Shown here piece by piece: positions 48,403 to 58,612 of a stretch of DNA of 64,000 bases (its first letter is position 1; every line of letters begins with the position of its first letter). Source of the DNA: an uncultured bacterium (GTDB lineage Bacteria; Patescibacteriota; Minisyncoccia; Phycocordibacterales; UBA9973); contig CAITGV010000001.1 of the NCBI GenBank assembly GCA_903892035.1, positions 226,711-290,710 of the forward strand. Direction: 5' to 3'. The position numbers and the translations under genes were made by a program. The notes beneath the pieces are model-generated. The model saw only the letters and a list, made by a program, of their open reading frames with translations, searched no databases and was not told the DNA's origin.

Positions 48403-49500
48403 ATGAAACTCAACTGCACAACCGAAAAAATAAAAAACGCCATTTCAATAACTGAAAGAGTTACTGGTAAGAATTTAACATTACCAATTTTATCTTCAAT
48501 ACTTTTAATCGCATCTGGTAAATCACTTAAAATAAGAGCAACAAATCTTAGTATTGGTGTTGAGGTTGAAATACCTGCCACTATTGAAAAAGAAGGTGTA
48601 GCTGCTGTTTCTGGAGATATATTAAATAATTTATTTACCAATATAAATACAAATCAAGAAATTAATATAAGTTTAGAAAATGATAATTTATTAATACAAA
48701 CAAAAAATAATAAAATAATACTAAAAAATTTTTCGCCAGATGATTTCCCAACAATTCCAATAGTTAAAGGTGAAAGTATTACAATACCATCAAATAAATT
48801 TATAGATGGTATTAAATCTGTATATTACGCTTCAGCTATATCTGATATAAAACCAGAAATTGGAAGTATTTATATTTACCAGGAAAATGATAATTTAGTT
48901 TTTGTAGCTACAGATTCTTTTCGTTTAGCTGAAAAGAAAATTAAAATTAAAAATATTGAAAACTTTCCAGCAATATTAATTCCATTTAAAAATATAGTTG
49001 AAATACTTAGAATTTTTAGTGACATAAATGATGATATTAAAATTTGTTTTAGTAAAAACCAAATATCATTTTCATCCAAAAATATATATTTTACATCGAG
49101 AGTTATAGACGGAATTTTCCCAGACTATAAACAAATTATTCCGAAAAATCATACAACTGAAATAATAATCTTAAAACAAGATCTTTTAAATTCCCTTAAA
49201 ATGTCAAATGTATTTTCTGATAAATTTAATCAAATAACATTTCAAATTCAACCAAAAGAAAAACTTTTTGAATTGAAATCAAAAAATAATGATATTGGTG
49301 AAAATACTACAAAATTGGATGCTTCCCTATCTGGGGTGAGTATAGTAGCGAACTTTAATCAAAAATATTTACTGGACTGCATACAGTCTATAAAAGAGGA
49401 TAGTATTGTTTTACAAATGGTTGGCGATAATAAACCCCTAGTAGTTTCAGGGCTTTCAAATCAAAGTTTTATGTATTTAATAATGCCAATGAATAGATAA
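48403..49500 (+). CDS. dnaN: DNA polymerase III beta clamp
   Basis: LPILSSILL, ATDSFRLA, FPDYKQIIP and YLIMPM motifs. Confidence 0.97.
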   Translation: MKLNCTTEKIKNAISITERVTGKNLTLPILSSILLIASGKSLKIRATNLSIGVEVEIPATIEKEGVAAVSGDILNNLFTNINTNQEINISLENDNLLIQTKNNKIILKNFSPDDFPTIPIVKGESITIPSNKFIDGIKSVYYASAISDIKPEIGSIYIYQENDNLVFVATDSFRLAEKKIKIKNIENFPAILIPFKNIVEILRIFSDINDDIKICFSKNQISFSSKNIYFTSRVIDGIFPDYKQIIPKNHTTEIIILKQDLLNSLKMSNVFSDKFNQITFQIQPKEKLFELKSKNNDIGENTTKLDASLSGVSIVANFNQKYLLDCIQSIKEDSIVLQMVGDNKPLVVSGLSNQSFMYLIMPMNR

Positions 49501-49501
49501 A

Positions 49502-49759
49502 ATGGAATATATTCAAATAGGACAATTTTTACAAAAATTTGAAGTTGTTTTAAGTGATGATAAGGCTAAAAAAATATTAGTACAAAAAATATTAAAAAAT
49601 AATATTAATTTTGATATTGATTTAAATAATATAAAAATAAAAGACGGAGTAGTCTCAATTTTAGGCAGTGGTACTCTAAAGAACGAGATTTTCTTAAAAA
49701 AAGAAAAAATCGAAAAAATGATAAATGAAGGGACTTCAAATTTAAGAAGTATTCGTTAA
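49502..49759 (+). CDS. Small protein, possibly DciA/DUF721-like
   Basis: IKDGVVSI..S..LKNEIFLKKEKI pattern and position after dnaN. Confidence 0.55.
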   Translation: MEYIQIGQFLQKFEVVLSDDKAKKILVQKILKNNINFDIDLNNIKIKDGVVSILGSGTLKNEIFLKKEKIEKMINEGTSNLRSIR

Positions 49760-52272
49760 TTTGAAATTGAAAAATTTTTATTTACTTCTACTGTGTTGTA
49801 GACAGTATCCTCAGCTACAATTTTTAGTGTATTAATAGAACCAATGTCAGATATTTGGGATGGTATAAATGAAAAAGAAAATGGTGCACTTGTTGAAGAT
49901 CCAATATAATTATTATTTATAAAAAAATCTACTTTACTTAATGGATAAAAACCAGTACTAGAAAGCGTAATTGTTATTTTTGAATTACTATTCTGGGGAA
50001 TATTTTCAACGGGATTGGTTATTTGAACATTTGGAAATTTCCCTGGAACGTGTACATTGTCGTCAAAATTTGGTTTATCATTTACTGTTGTAGTTGCATA
50101 TTTGTAGCCAAAATTTGCTAACCAGTTTTGTACAGGAATTTCCCAGTGATAGTATTGTGGATCTCCAGAAGAATTTATTTGGTAATCTCCATTTGGGTCA
50201 TCTTTATTTATCCAATACAAAATTGAGTGCCTGTTTGTTAATACTTTTTCTTCAGTTGCATCCTTGGGTGTATATTCTGTTGCGAGTCCACCAGAAATTT
50301 TATCAATTAAAAAACTTTCATTTCCTTGCCATTTCCCAGCAAGAACGGGTTTTATAGCTGTATAGTCAATTGGATCAGGTTTTTCAAATTTAACATCTGG
50401 AACTTTACTTAATGCATAATTCATAAATTCGTGCCAGAGTGGACCAGAAAGTACAACTGACACCTGTTGGGCCATTGCAGAATTATCATTGTTTCCAACC
50501 CAGACACCAACTGAAATATTTGGTGTATAGCCAACCAACCATGCATCATGTGAATCATTTGTTGTACCAGTTTTTGCAGCAACATCACGCCCTAGGAAAT
50601 ACATTGCTGAATTTAAACCGAAGTCGGGTGCACGTGCATTGTTGTCTGATAGTATATCCGTAACTTGTAATGCAATTTGTTTAGGTATTGCCTGGCTCTC
50701 TTCATCAGAATAACTTTCTAAGATATTTCCTGCGTTGTCTGTTACTTTTAAAATACCAGTTTCAGGATGCCTTACTCCTCCTGTTGCAAAAACGCCATAA
50801 GCACTAGCCATGTCGATAAGTTTTACTTCTCCTCCACCCAACACAAGTGATAAACCATACCTAGCAGCGTCTACAAGCGACGTTATACCCATCATGCGAG
50901 CTGTATTGATAGAATCTTGTATACCTGCTAAATAAAGCAATTTTACTCCAATAACGTTGACTGATTGAGCAAGAGCAGAGCGAAGTGATAGTGGTCCAGA
51001 ATTTAAACCATTGAAATTTTTTGGCATATAGCATTCACTTTTATTATGTCCAGGAAGTGGAGCCCCTGATGGATTACATGACATTGAAAATTCTGTCGGT
51101 ACATCAAATAATACTGTGTCGGGTGTATAACCTTTTTCAAAAGCAGTTGCATAAACAAATGGTTTAAAAGATGAACCTGGTTGTCGCATTGCTGTGGCTA
51201 TATTATAATTTCCGTCAATTTTTTTATCAAAATAATCTCTTGAACCAACCATTGAAAGTATTTGGCCAGTTGTTGGATCAATTGCAACAAGACCAGCGTT
51301 TGATGCATTGTAAGTTTTTTCATTTGATAAAGCATATTTTTTTACTACTTCTTCTGCTTTTTGTTGCATATCCCAATCAAGAGTTGTAGTTACCTGAAGA
51401 CCTCCTGTGTTTACAGCATCTTCACCGTATTTTTGTATTAAATAATCTTTAATGAAAAATACAAAATGAGGAGCAAGTATCCCTGTTGGATCTTGTGGTT
51501 TGAAATCAATTTTTTCTTTTAAAGCATTTTGGTATTCTGTGTCAGTTATGAAATTCAACTCTTTCATTCGAGCAAGAACTGTTTTTTGTCTGTCGTCTAG
51601 ATTTTTTCTATTTGTACCGTATGGTGAATAAAATGTTGGAGCTTTTGGAATTGATGCTAAATAACTTGCTTCGGCAAGGGTCAGATTTGCCGGTTCTTTT
51701 CCAAAATATGTTTTTGAAGCTTCTTCAACTCCGTAAATATTTCCGCCATAAGGAGCTTCATTTAAGTAAATTGCCAATATATCTTCTTTACTCATTTCAC
51801 GATCCATTTTAAGTGCAAGAATCCATTCTTCCATTTTTCTAGTAATTGTTTTTTGAGAAGATAGTAAAGAGTTTTTAACAATTTGTTGAGTGATTGTTGA
51901 TCCACCTTGAACAAAACTTCCGTGTGTAATGTTTACTAATAATGCGCGTATGATTGCAGTAGGGCGAATTCCTTGGTTTTGGTAAAAAGTTGAATCTTCA
52001 ATTGCTACTGTGGCATTTTTTATATATGGACCCATGTCAGCGAAAGCTATGATTGTTCTTTTTGTATTACTATTTACATCGTAAAGTACTGTTTTTCCGG
52101 TTCGGTCATAAATCCTTGTCGAACTTTCAACCTTTCTATCTTGGAAAGCTTTAAAGTCTGGGATTTTTATTGTACTTACCCAAATCACAACTCCTCCACT
52201 TACTAAAATAAAAATTCCTGCGAAAAACATCACAATATTTAACAACTTTCTTTTTAAATTACTCTTTTTCAT
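49756..52272 (-). CDS. Class A penicillin-binding protein (transglycosylase + transpeptidase + Ig-like domain)
   Basis: AIED..F, QGGSTITQQ, RK..E, QPGSSFKP, SVN and KTGT motifs. Confidence 0.95.
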   Translation of the reverse strand: MKKSNLKRKLLNIVMFFAGIFILVSGGVVIWVSTIKIPDFKAFQDRKVESSTRIYDRTGKTVLYDVNSNTKRTIIAFADMGPYIKNATVAIEDSTFYQNQGIRPTAIIRALLVNITHGSFVQGGSTITQQIVKNSLLSSQKTITRKMEEWILALKMDREMSKEDILAIYLNEAPYGGNIYGVEEASKTYFGKEPANLTLAEASYLASIPKAPTFYSPYGTNRKNLDDRQKTVLARMKELNFITDTEYQNALKEKIDFKPQDPTGILAPHFVFFIKDYLIQKYGEDAVNTGGLQVTTTLDWDMQQKAEEVVKKYALSNEKTYNASNAGLVAIDPTTGQILSMVGSRDYFDKKIDGNYNIATAMRQPGSSFKPFVYATAFEKGYTPDTVLFDVPTEFSMSCNPSGAPLPGHNKSECYMPKNFNGLNSGPLSLRSALAQSVNVIGVKLLYLAGIQDSINTARMMGITSLVDAARYGLSLVLGGGEVKLIDMASAYGVFATGGVRHPETGILKVTDNAGNILESYSDEESQAIPKQIALQVTDILSDNNARAPDFGLNSAMYFLGRDVAAKTGTTNDSHDAWLVGYTPNISVGVWVGNNDNSAMAQQVSVVLSGPLWHEFMNYALSKVPDVKFEKPDPIDYTAIKPVLAGKWQGNESFLIDKISGGLATEYTPKDATEEKVLTNRHSILYWINKDDPNGDYQINSSGDPQYYHWEIPVQNWLANFGYKYATTTVNDKPNFDDNVHVPGKFPNVQITNPVENIPQNSNSKITITLSSTGFYPLSKVDFFINNNYIGSSTSAPFSFSFIPSQISDIGSINTLKIVAEDTVYNTVEVNKNFSISN

Positions 52273-52344
52273 ATATGTGAAAATTGTAGCACGAAACTTT
52301 ATATAGGCACAGACAAAAAAAGCATTTTATGCTAAAGTAGAAAT

Positions 52345-53709
52345 ATGGAAAATAGTAAAATCATCGACGAATTGCTTTCTCGTGGAGTTGGAGAATTTAT
52401 CGACCCAAATGGAACATTTAGAAAGAAACTCGAAACAAACCCAAATGAGATAGTCATTAAGCTTGGGGTTGACCCAAACAGACCCGATATTCACATCGGG
52501 CATGCAGTTATACTACGCAAGCTTCGTAAATTTCAAGACATGGGTTGCAAGGTCATTTTTCTTATAGGAGACTTCACTGCTCAAATTGGCGACCCAACTG
52601 GTAAGAGTAAAATTCGTCCAGAAATTGACCAAATGGAAGTAAATAAAAATATGCAGACTTATTTAGATCAGGTTGGAAAAATATTAAAAACAGAACAGAG
52701 TGTTTTTTCTTGGATAAGAAATTCAGATTGGTTTGTTTCTATAAATGATATCATTGCCCCAGATAACAGAACTATAAATATTAAAAGTGGTGATCAGACA
52801 ATAACTACACCACCACTACCAGCAAGTGATATTTTAAATAAAGCCGAATTTTGGGTTGAAACAAGAATGCAAAAAATAAATATAAATAATTATTCACTGA
52901 TAAACTTGATGGCAATACTTCGCCGTATTACTTACGGTCGAATAATTGAAAGAGATATGTTTCAAGACCGAATAATAAAAGGCGAACCTGTTTTTATGCA
53001 CGAGATGCTTTACCCAATTTTTCAAGGAATAGACTCAGATGTATTGGCAAATATTTATGGATCTTGCGATTTAGAAGTCGGTGGAACTGATCAGCATTTC
53101 AATATGCTTGTTGGACGTGAGGTTATGGAAATGAATAAAAAAGTTCCTCAAGCTGTGCTGTCTTTTAAGCTCCTCGAAGGTCTTGATGGAAAAGAAAAAA
53201 TGTCAAAATCCCTTGATAATTATGTAGGAATTACAGATGAGCCTAATGATATGTATGGAAAAATAATGTCTATTCCAGATAGTTCTATTGTAAATTATTT
53301 TGAGCTTTGCACTTATACTCCAAATGAAAGCATTGAAGAAATAAAAGAAACTTTAAAAAACGGAAAAGAAAATCCAAAGAATATTAAAATGCAATTGGCT
53401 CGTCAAATTGTAGAAGAATATCACGGAAAAGAAAAAGCAAATGACGCTGAGGAAAACTTTACTAAAACTTTTTCAAAAGGTGAAATTCCAAAAGATATGG
53501 AAACAATTTCAGTCGCAAGTGTAAAAGAAATCCCCGAAGCTTTATGTTCAAACAATTTTGTTGCTTCGAAAGGAGAGTTTACTAGACTCTTGAAACAAAA
53601 TGCTGTGACAAACCTTGAGACAAATAAAAAAGTTTTGAGCTTAGAAGAATTTACAACAGGAGCTTATCGCATAGGAGCTCATCGTTTTGTAAAAATAGAT
53701 ATTAAATAA
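52345..53709 (+). CDS. tyrS: Tyrosine--tRNA ligase
   Basis: GVDP, HIGH, GDPTGK, GGTDQ.FN and KMSKS motifs. Confidence 0.96.
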   Translation: MENSKIIDELLSRGVGEFIDPNGTFRKKLETNPNEIVIKLGVDPNRPDIHIGHAVILRKLRKFQDMGCKVIFLIGDFTAQIGDPTGKSKIRPEIDQMEVNKNMQTYLDQVGKILKTEQSVFSWIRNSDWFVSINDIIAPDNRTINIKSGDQTITTPPLPASDILNKAEFWVETRMQKININNYSLINLMAILRRITYGRIIERDMFQDRIIKGEPVFMHEMLYPIFQGIDSDVLANIYGSCDLEVGGTDQHFNMLVGREVMEMNKKVPQAVLSFKLLEGLDGKEKMSKSLDNYVGITDEPNDMYGKIMSIPDSSIVNYFELCTYTPNESIEEIKETLKNGKENPKNIKMQLARQIVEEYHGKEKANDAEENFTKTFSKGEIPKDMETISVASVKEIPEALCSNNFVASKGEFTRLLKQNAVTNLETNKKVLSLEEFTTGAYRIGAHRFVKIDIK

Positions 53710-53750
53710 AAAAACACCTCTCTGGCGCGGGCCAGAGAGGTGTTTTTTTA
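53707..53750. terminator. Bidirectional terminator
   Basis: aaaaaaacacctctctggc-gcgg-gccagagaggtgttttttt. Confidence 0.85.
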
Positions 53751-53933
53751 TTAACGAAATTCTCTTCTATCAGAATACTCTTCATCATCCTCGTCCTCAT
53801 CTTTTATTGGCATTCCATCTTCATCAAGGTCGAGTGGTATCCCATCGTCGTCTAAAAGGTCATCATCAAGATCTAGTGGGGCATTTAAATCAATGTCCTC
53901 ATCTTTTATTGTTCCATCATCATTGAAATCCAT
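53751..53933 (-). CDS. Very acidic small protein
   Basis: 60-aa ORF, roughly half Asp/Glu, ending at the terminator. Confidence 0.6.
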   Translation of the reverse strand: MDFNDDGTIKDEDIDLNAPLDLDDDLLDDDGIPLDLDEDGMPIKDEDEDDEEYSDRREFR

Positions 53934-54035
53934 ATATTAAAAAATTAACTTATAAAAATTAAACAAATTTACGTGCCTATTTTGTAACAAAATAGAGATA
54001 TCTTTGCAAGATATAAATTCATGAACTGTGGAAAA

Positions 54036-54536
54036 CTAGCCCCTAGTATAAGCAAAAGCCGTCAAGCCTATAGCTATTGCATCATATTCATCGTCAAGCA
54101 TTTTCCCTCGACCTGAGCTAGTCGAAGGTTTATTTGGTATTGCAATCAATTTTTCAACCATATTTATAACGGCATTTTTATCACTTTTGCCATACCCAGT
54201 CACTGCGACTTTTATTTGAAGAGGTGTGTATTCGAGAATTTCCAAACTAGCATTCATTCCTTCATAAATGATTACTCCGCGTGATTCCGATACACCCATA
54301 GCTGTCTTTTGATTATTTTCAAAATACAATTTTTCAATTGCCAATTTTTCTGGTTTATATTTTTTAATTATTTTTTTTACTTCACTACCTATTTCGAAAA
54401 TACGTTCCTCCATTTTTTTCTTTGGAAGTGTTTTGAAACAATCTGAATATAAAAGAGTCTCTTTTCCACCTTGAATTTTTTCCAAGACAGCAATACCAAC
54501 TCTTTCATAACCCGGATCAATAGAAATTATAATCAT
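54036..54536 (-). CDS. ruvC: Holliday junction resolvase RuvC
   Basis: IDPG, AIEKLYF, EYTPLQIK.AVTGYG and DDEYDAIAI motifs. Confidence 0.95.
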   Translation of the reverse strand: MIIISIDPGYERVGIAVLEKIQGGKETLLYSDCFKTLPKKKMEERIFEIGSEVKKIIKKYKPEKLAIEKLYFENNQKTAMGVSESRGVIIYEGMNASLEILEYTPLQIKVAVTGYGKSDKNAVINMVEKLIAIPNKPSTSSGRGKMLDDEYDAIAIGLTAFAYTRG

Positions 54537-54540
54537 AGAA

Positions 54541-54969
54541 AATGTCTAATATCGAATTTCTAATATCTAAGAAATACGAGAAGCTTTAGATTTATTAATA
54601 ATAGCCACAAATATTTTACGGAGTTGTTCACTTTCGTCAAGTAATGGATTAAGAGATTCTGTTTTTTCTTTTAAATGAATTAATAAAGTTAACCAGTATT
54701 CAGTTTCCTGAGCTTCTTTTTTACAGATACCAAGTTTGTGTTCGAAATCTTTTCTTGATTCAGCACCATCGGCTTCGTGATAGTTTGCGCCAATGCTTGT
54801 TCCTGATCTTAGGCATTGAATAATTAAATTTTGATTTATTGGTGTTCGTTTTACTGAGAGTAAAATCGAAAGTAGATTTTTACTAAATAATAGTGTTCTT
54901 TGTTTTAAGTCATATTTTATATTTGAGTTTTGCATTTATTTAGAAATTAGATATTAGTAATTAGTCATT
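54541..54969. mobile_element. Four-helix-bundle gene bracketed by heptamer-built inverted repeats (IVS-like cassette)
   Basis: Arms 54541-54570 and 54940-54969 are 24/30 complementary; the cassette splits yebC and ruvC. Confidence 0.6.
54567..54935 (-). CDS. Four-helix-bundle protein (23S rRNA IVP / bAvd-like family)
   Basis: QCLRSGTSIGANYHEA..AESRKDF.HKL.I..KEA.ET.YWL signature. Confidence 0.93.
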   Translation of the reverse strand: MQNSNIKYDLKQRTLLFSKNLLSILLSVKRTPINQNLIIQCLRSGTSIGANYHEADGAESRKDFEHKLGICKKEAQETEYWLTLLIHLKEKTESLNPLLDESEQLRKIFVAIINKSKASRIS

Positions 54970-54976
54970 CATTTTC

Positions 54977-55513
54977 TTATTCAGTATTAGTGAATACTTC
55001 TTGCACTTCATTATTTTCTTCGAGCTGCTCGACTAAATCAAGAAGTGCATTTGAATCTTCTTCAGAAATTGCTGTTGTTATATTTGGTTTCCAAATTACT
55101 CCTTCGGGAGTTATTTCTCTTACAAAACCCCAAGTGACCGAGCCGATGCCACCAAGAGCAAAACCATTTTTATCAAGTATGTGTCGGATTTCTTGTGCTG
55201 CGCGATTTTTACTATCTGTAAGTGCTTCAATTACAATTCCTACTCCACCAGGACCATAGGCTTCGTATGTAATTGATTCCATTGCATTTCCTGCTTCTGT
55301 CGCTTTTTTAATTGCTCGTTCGATATTGTCCGCTGGCATATCTACACTGCGAGCTTTTTTAATTGCCGCAGAAAGTCCAGATGATTCACGATTACCACCA
55401 GAGAGTTTTGCTTCGTGGGTAATCATCTTTACAAGTTTTGCATAGAGCTGACTTGTTTTACCTTCACTTGCTGCTTTTTTGTATTTCTTTTTCTCCCATT
55501 GTGAATGGCTCAT
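54977..55513 (-). CDS. yebC: YebC/PmpR family protein (short form)
   Basis: MPADNIERAIKKA, YEAYGPGG and LE...EVQEVFTN motifs. Confidence 0.92.
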   Translation of the reverse strand: MSHSQWEKKKYKKAASEGKTSQLYAKLVKMITHEAKLSGGNRESSGLSAAIKKARSVDMPADNIERAIKKATEAGNAMESITYEAYGPGGVGIVIEALTDSKNRAAQEIRHILDKNGFALGGIGSVTWGFVREITPEGVIWKPNITTAISEEDSNALLDLVEQLEENNEVQEVFTNTE

Positions 55514-55539
55514 ATATTTAAACTATAAAAAATGTTCAA

Positions 55540-56553
55540 TTAAATTAATTTATCTTGTTTAAATCCTTCAAAACCCAAATGCTCATAAGCTTTTTTGGTT
55601 GCGATGCGTCCACGAGGGGTGCGTTCGAGAAGTCCTCGCTGGATGAGATAGGGTTCAACAACTTCTTCTATTGTTGCTTCTTCTTCGGACGTTGCTGCTG
55701 CGATAGTATTGAGTCCAACTGGTCCGCCATTAAATTTTTCAATTATAACTTCAAGAACTTTTCTATCAGATTCTGCGAGACCAAGCTCGTCGATACCTAA
55801 AAGTGAAAGTGCAAGAAAAACTGTTTTTTTATCTAAATCTTTTTTATGCACCTGCGCGTAGTCACGACAGCGTTTCAAAAAATAATTTGCTGTACGGGGT
55901 GTAAAACGTGAACGTTTAGCAATTTCAATAATCCCATCTTCTTCAAGATTGATACCAAGAATTTTTCCAGAACGTTTTATTATTTTTGCAATTTCTTCTT
56001 CACTATAAAATTCCAAACGAAATACTCCACCAGAAAAACGGGAGCGAAGTGGCGCTGAAAGTAGAGCGATACGAGTTGTTGCTGCGATGAGAGTAAAAGG
56101 TGGAAGGTCGAGCTGAATTGTGCGAGCAGATGGACCCTTGCCGATGATTATATCGAGTATTCCTGACTCCATTGCAGGGTAGAGGACTTCTTCAACCATT
56201 TTATTTAAGCGGTGAATTTCATCGATGAAAATAATGTCACCAGGAGAAAGATTTGTGAGTATTGAAGCGAGGTCACCAACTTTTTCAATTGCTGGTCCAG
56301 ATGTAATTTTCATTTGCCTGCCTGTCTCTTTTGCTATTAAATGCGCGAGTGTGGTCTTGCCCAGCCCTGGTGGACCATAAAAAAGTATATGTTCTGCAGG
56401 ATGATTGCGTTCTTTTGCGGCTTGAAGCAAAATTTTCAAATTTTCTTTAATATTTTCTTGGCCAATGTATTCTGACCAGGCACTCGGACGTAGTGTTTGG
56501 TCCAAAAAGAGCTCATCACCATTTTCAATTTGTTTATTATTTGGGCTTGACAT
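55540..56553 (-). CDS. ruvB: Holliday junction branch-migration helicase RuvB
   Basis: LRP...[22 protein letters not shown] and EPYLIQ.G...RTPRGR motifs. Confidence 0.97.
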   Translation of the reverse strand: MSSPNNKQIENGDELFLDQTLRPSAWSEYIGQENIKENLKILLQAAKERNHPAEHILFYGPPGLGKTTLAHLIAKETGRQMKITSGPAIEKVGDLASILTNLSPGDIIFIDEIHRLNKMVEEVLYPAMESGILDIIIGKGPSARTIQLDLPPFTLIAATTRIALLSAPLRSRFSGGVFRLEFYSEEEIAKIIKRSGKILGINLEEDGIIEIAKRSRFTPRTANYFLKRCRDYAQVHKKDLDKKTVFLALSLLGIDELGLAESDRKVLEVIIEKFNGGPVGLNTIAAATSEEEATIEEVVEPYLIQRGLLERTPRGRIATKKAYEHLGFEGFKQDKLI

Positions 56554-56620
56554 TATATTTGATATCTGATATACTACCGGTAACGTTTTAATTATAGCAG
56601 ATATTTACAAAAGAAGATTT

Positions 56621-56758
56621 AAATCTCTAAGCAATCAGGCTGTAAGGCCCCTACGCGTTTGCGGAGGACGTTCTGGATCTATTTATAGCATTCTGGGGCT
56701 ATCCTTCAAGAATCTGTTACTTTTGTCGCATAGCGGCAGAAGGATTGTTTAGAGATTT
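56621..56758. repeat. 138-bp element with 16-bp terminal inverted repeats (MITE-like or structured RNA)
   Basis: aaatctctaagcaatc / gattgtttagagattt (15/16) enclosing GC-rich hairpins. Confidence 0.55.
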
Positions 56759-56769
56759 TGGTCTTTTTT

Positions 56770-58473
56770 TTATGCCTCGTTTAGGTCAACGACGCTTCCG
56801 ACTTCATCATATGAAGTCACTCCATTTAAAATTTTAATTATGCCGTCTTCTCTCATTGTAAGTATACCTTGAGGGATGGCGGCTTTTTTTATTTCTCTTT
56901 CACTTGGGTTTGTTGGCACCAATGCCTCTATGGCAGCATCACTTTCTATTGCTTCAAATATTCCAAGTCGGCCTTTGTAGCCTGTGCCATTACATTTTTC
57001 ACAACCGATAGCTTCCCATAATTTAATTTCTTGATCAATTTTTACATTGTAAGAAGCCAAATCTTTTTTCTCATCCACGATAGTCTGTAAAATATTTTTT
57101 ATTGTTTTCAATTCCAACTCTGTTGGAGTTTTTTCTTTTTTACATTCAACACACAATTTTCGGACCAGACGTTGAGCAATTGAAAGTCTTAAAGCGGAAG
57201 TCATAATTTTTGGATTAACTCCGAGGTCGATAAGGCGGGGAATTACACCAGCTGCATCATTTGTGTGAAGTGTAGAGAAAACCAAGTGACCAGTAAGCGC
57301 TGACTCAATAGCTGTTTTTGCAGTTTCTCCATCACGAATTTCTCCGACCATTATCACATCGGGATCTTGGCGAAGTGCTGCACGTAGTCCTGCGAGAAAT
57401 GTATAACCCTTTTCTTCCTCAACCTGAGTTTGAGTAATACCTGCGAGGTGGTATTCGATAGGATCTTCAATTGTAATTATTTTCAATTCCGGAGAATAAA
57501 TTTTACGTAAAAAGCCATATAGTGTAGTGGTTTTTCCAGATCCAGTCGGACCTGTAATCAATATTAAACCGTTTGGTTTTTTGATTTGATCCATTACAAT
57601 ACTGTAAAGTTTGTGATCCATTCCCATGCTTTCAATTTCATGCTGAATAGATTTTGGATCTAGAATTCTCATCACCACACTCTCACCATACGCTCCTGGA
57701 ATTACAGACACACGCATGGAAATTTCTACTTCATTCATAAAAATACCAAAACGTCCGTCTTGAGCTGTAGTCGTCGAAGTAATTTTCAAACCAGAAATAA
57801 GTTTAATACGAGAATTTAAAAGTTTATGAGTAGGAAAATCCAATTGCATAATATTTTGCAAAACTCCGTCGAGGCGAAAACGCACGTGCACTTCGTGCTC
57901 TTCTGGTTCGATGTGAATATCTGATGCCCCCGTTGAAATTGCTCCAGCAAGAATTACTTCGAGCATTCTTGTTGCTTTGTGAGTTTTGCTTTCTTTTGTA
58001 ATTTCTTCTGCCACTCGACCGACGTCTCCCATTGTTTTTATTCTCTGTGCTAAGTCTGCAAGTACGGAAGGGGAAATATCGAGACTTCCAGATTTTGATT
58101 TTTCGGCAAAAGAAATTTCTGCATAACGTGACCAAGCTTTTTCAAGTGAAGCTAGAGAAACCATATAGAAAGTTGGCTTGTATCCTTTTTTTTCCAACTC
58201 TTCTTTAAATAAAGTTACTTCTGGTCGAGATGGTGCACGAACTGCAACTGAAATATTTTTGCCTGTAACTTTAAAAGGTGCCACTTCAATAGCCCTAGCT
58301 TCAGGTTCCGGTATTATTCGCAGTGCTTCGTTCTCGATAGTTGTAACCAGTAGGTTTATGTAGGGGATATTGTATTTAGCTTCAGCTAAAACTTGAGCTA
58401 GCTCTTCCTCTTCTTGTTTTCGGAGGTCGTCTACCTTTCTGTTTTGTTTATCTTCATCAAATTTGATTGCCAT
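56770..58473 (-). CDS. PilB/GspE family assembly ATPase
   Basis: ASDIHIEP, QDGR, GPTGSGKTTTLY, TIEDPIEY, LRQDPD, TGHLVFSTLH and CxxC..CxxC; start moved to ATG 58473. Confidence 0.94.
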   Translation of the reverse strand: MAIKFDEDKQNRKVDDLRKQEEEELAQVLAEAKYNIPYINLLVTTIENEALRIIPEPEARAIEVAPFKVTGKNISVAVRAPSRPEVTLFKEELEKKGYKPTFYMVSLASLEKAWSRYAEISFAEKSKSGSLDISPSVLADLAQRIKTMGDVGRVAEEITKESKTHKATRMLEVILAGAISTGASDIHIEPEEHEVHVRFRLDGVLQNIMQLDFPTHKLLNSRIKLISGLKITSTTTAQDGRFGIFMNEVEISMRVSVIPGAYGESVVMRILDPKSIQHEIESMGMDHKLYSIVMDQIKKPNGLILITGPTGSGKTTTLYGFLRKIYSPELKIITIEDPIEYHLAGITQTQVEEEKGYTFLAGLRAALRQDPDVIMVGEIRDGETAKTAIESALTGHLVFSTLHTNDAAGVIPRLIDLGVNPKIMTSALRLSIAQRLVRKLCVECKKEKTPTELELKTIKNILQTIVDEKKDLASYNVKIDQEIKLWEAIGCEKCNGTGYKGRLGIFEAIESDAAIEALVPTNPSEREIKKAAIPQGILTMREDGIIKILNGVTSYDEVGSVVDLNEA

Positions 58474-58513
58474 ATAGCCCTTATTGTACTGCATTTTAAG
58501 CCTATTTTCCCTA

Positions 58514-58542
58514 TTGACATTTAAGCTTAAAAGTGATATACT
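58514..58542 (+). promoter_or_regulatory. Near-consensus sigma70 promoter
   Basis: TTGACA-17 bp-TATACT with extended TG. Confidence 0.7.
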
Positions 58543-58612
58543 AGTAGCTGTAGAGGTGTTCTTTACATGTAAACAATTAAATAATAAATAAATACATACA
58601 TAATTAAAAACA

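Noticed and set aside
54567-54935. Diversity-generating retroelement (Avd)
   Set aside because: No reverse transcriptase and no template/variable repeat pair with adenine-specific mismatches was seen in the window
54036-56553. Loss of ruvA
   Set aside because: It is absent from this cluster but may lie elsewhere in the genome; this cannot be judged from the window
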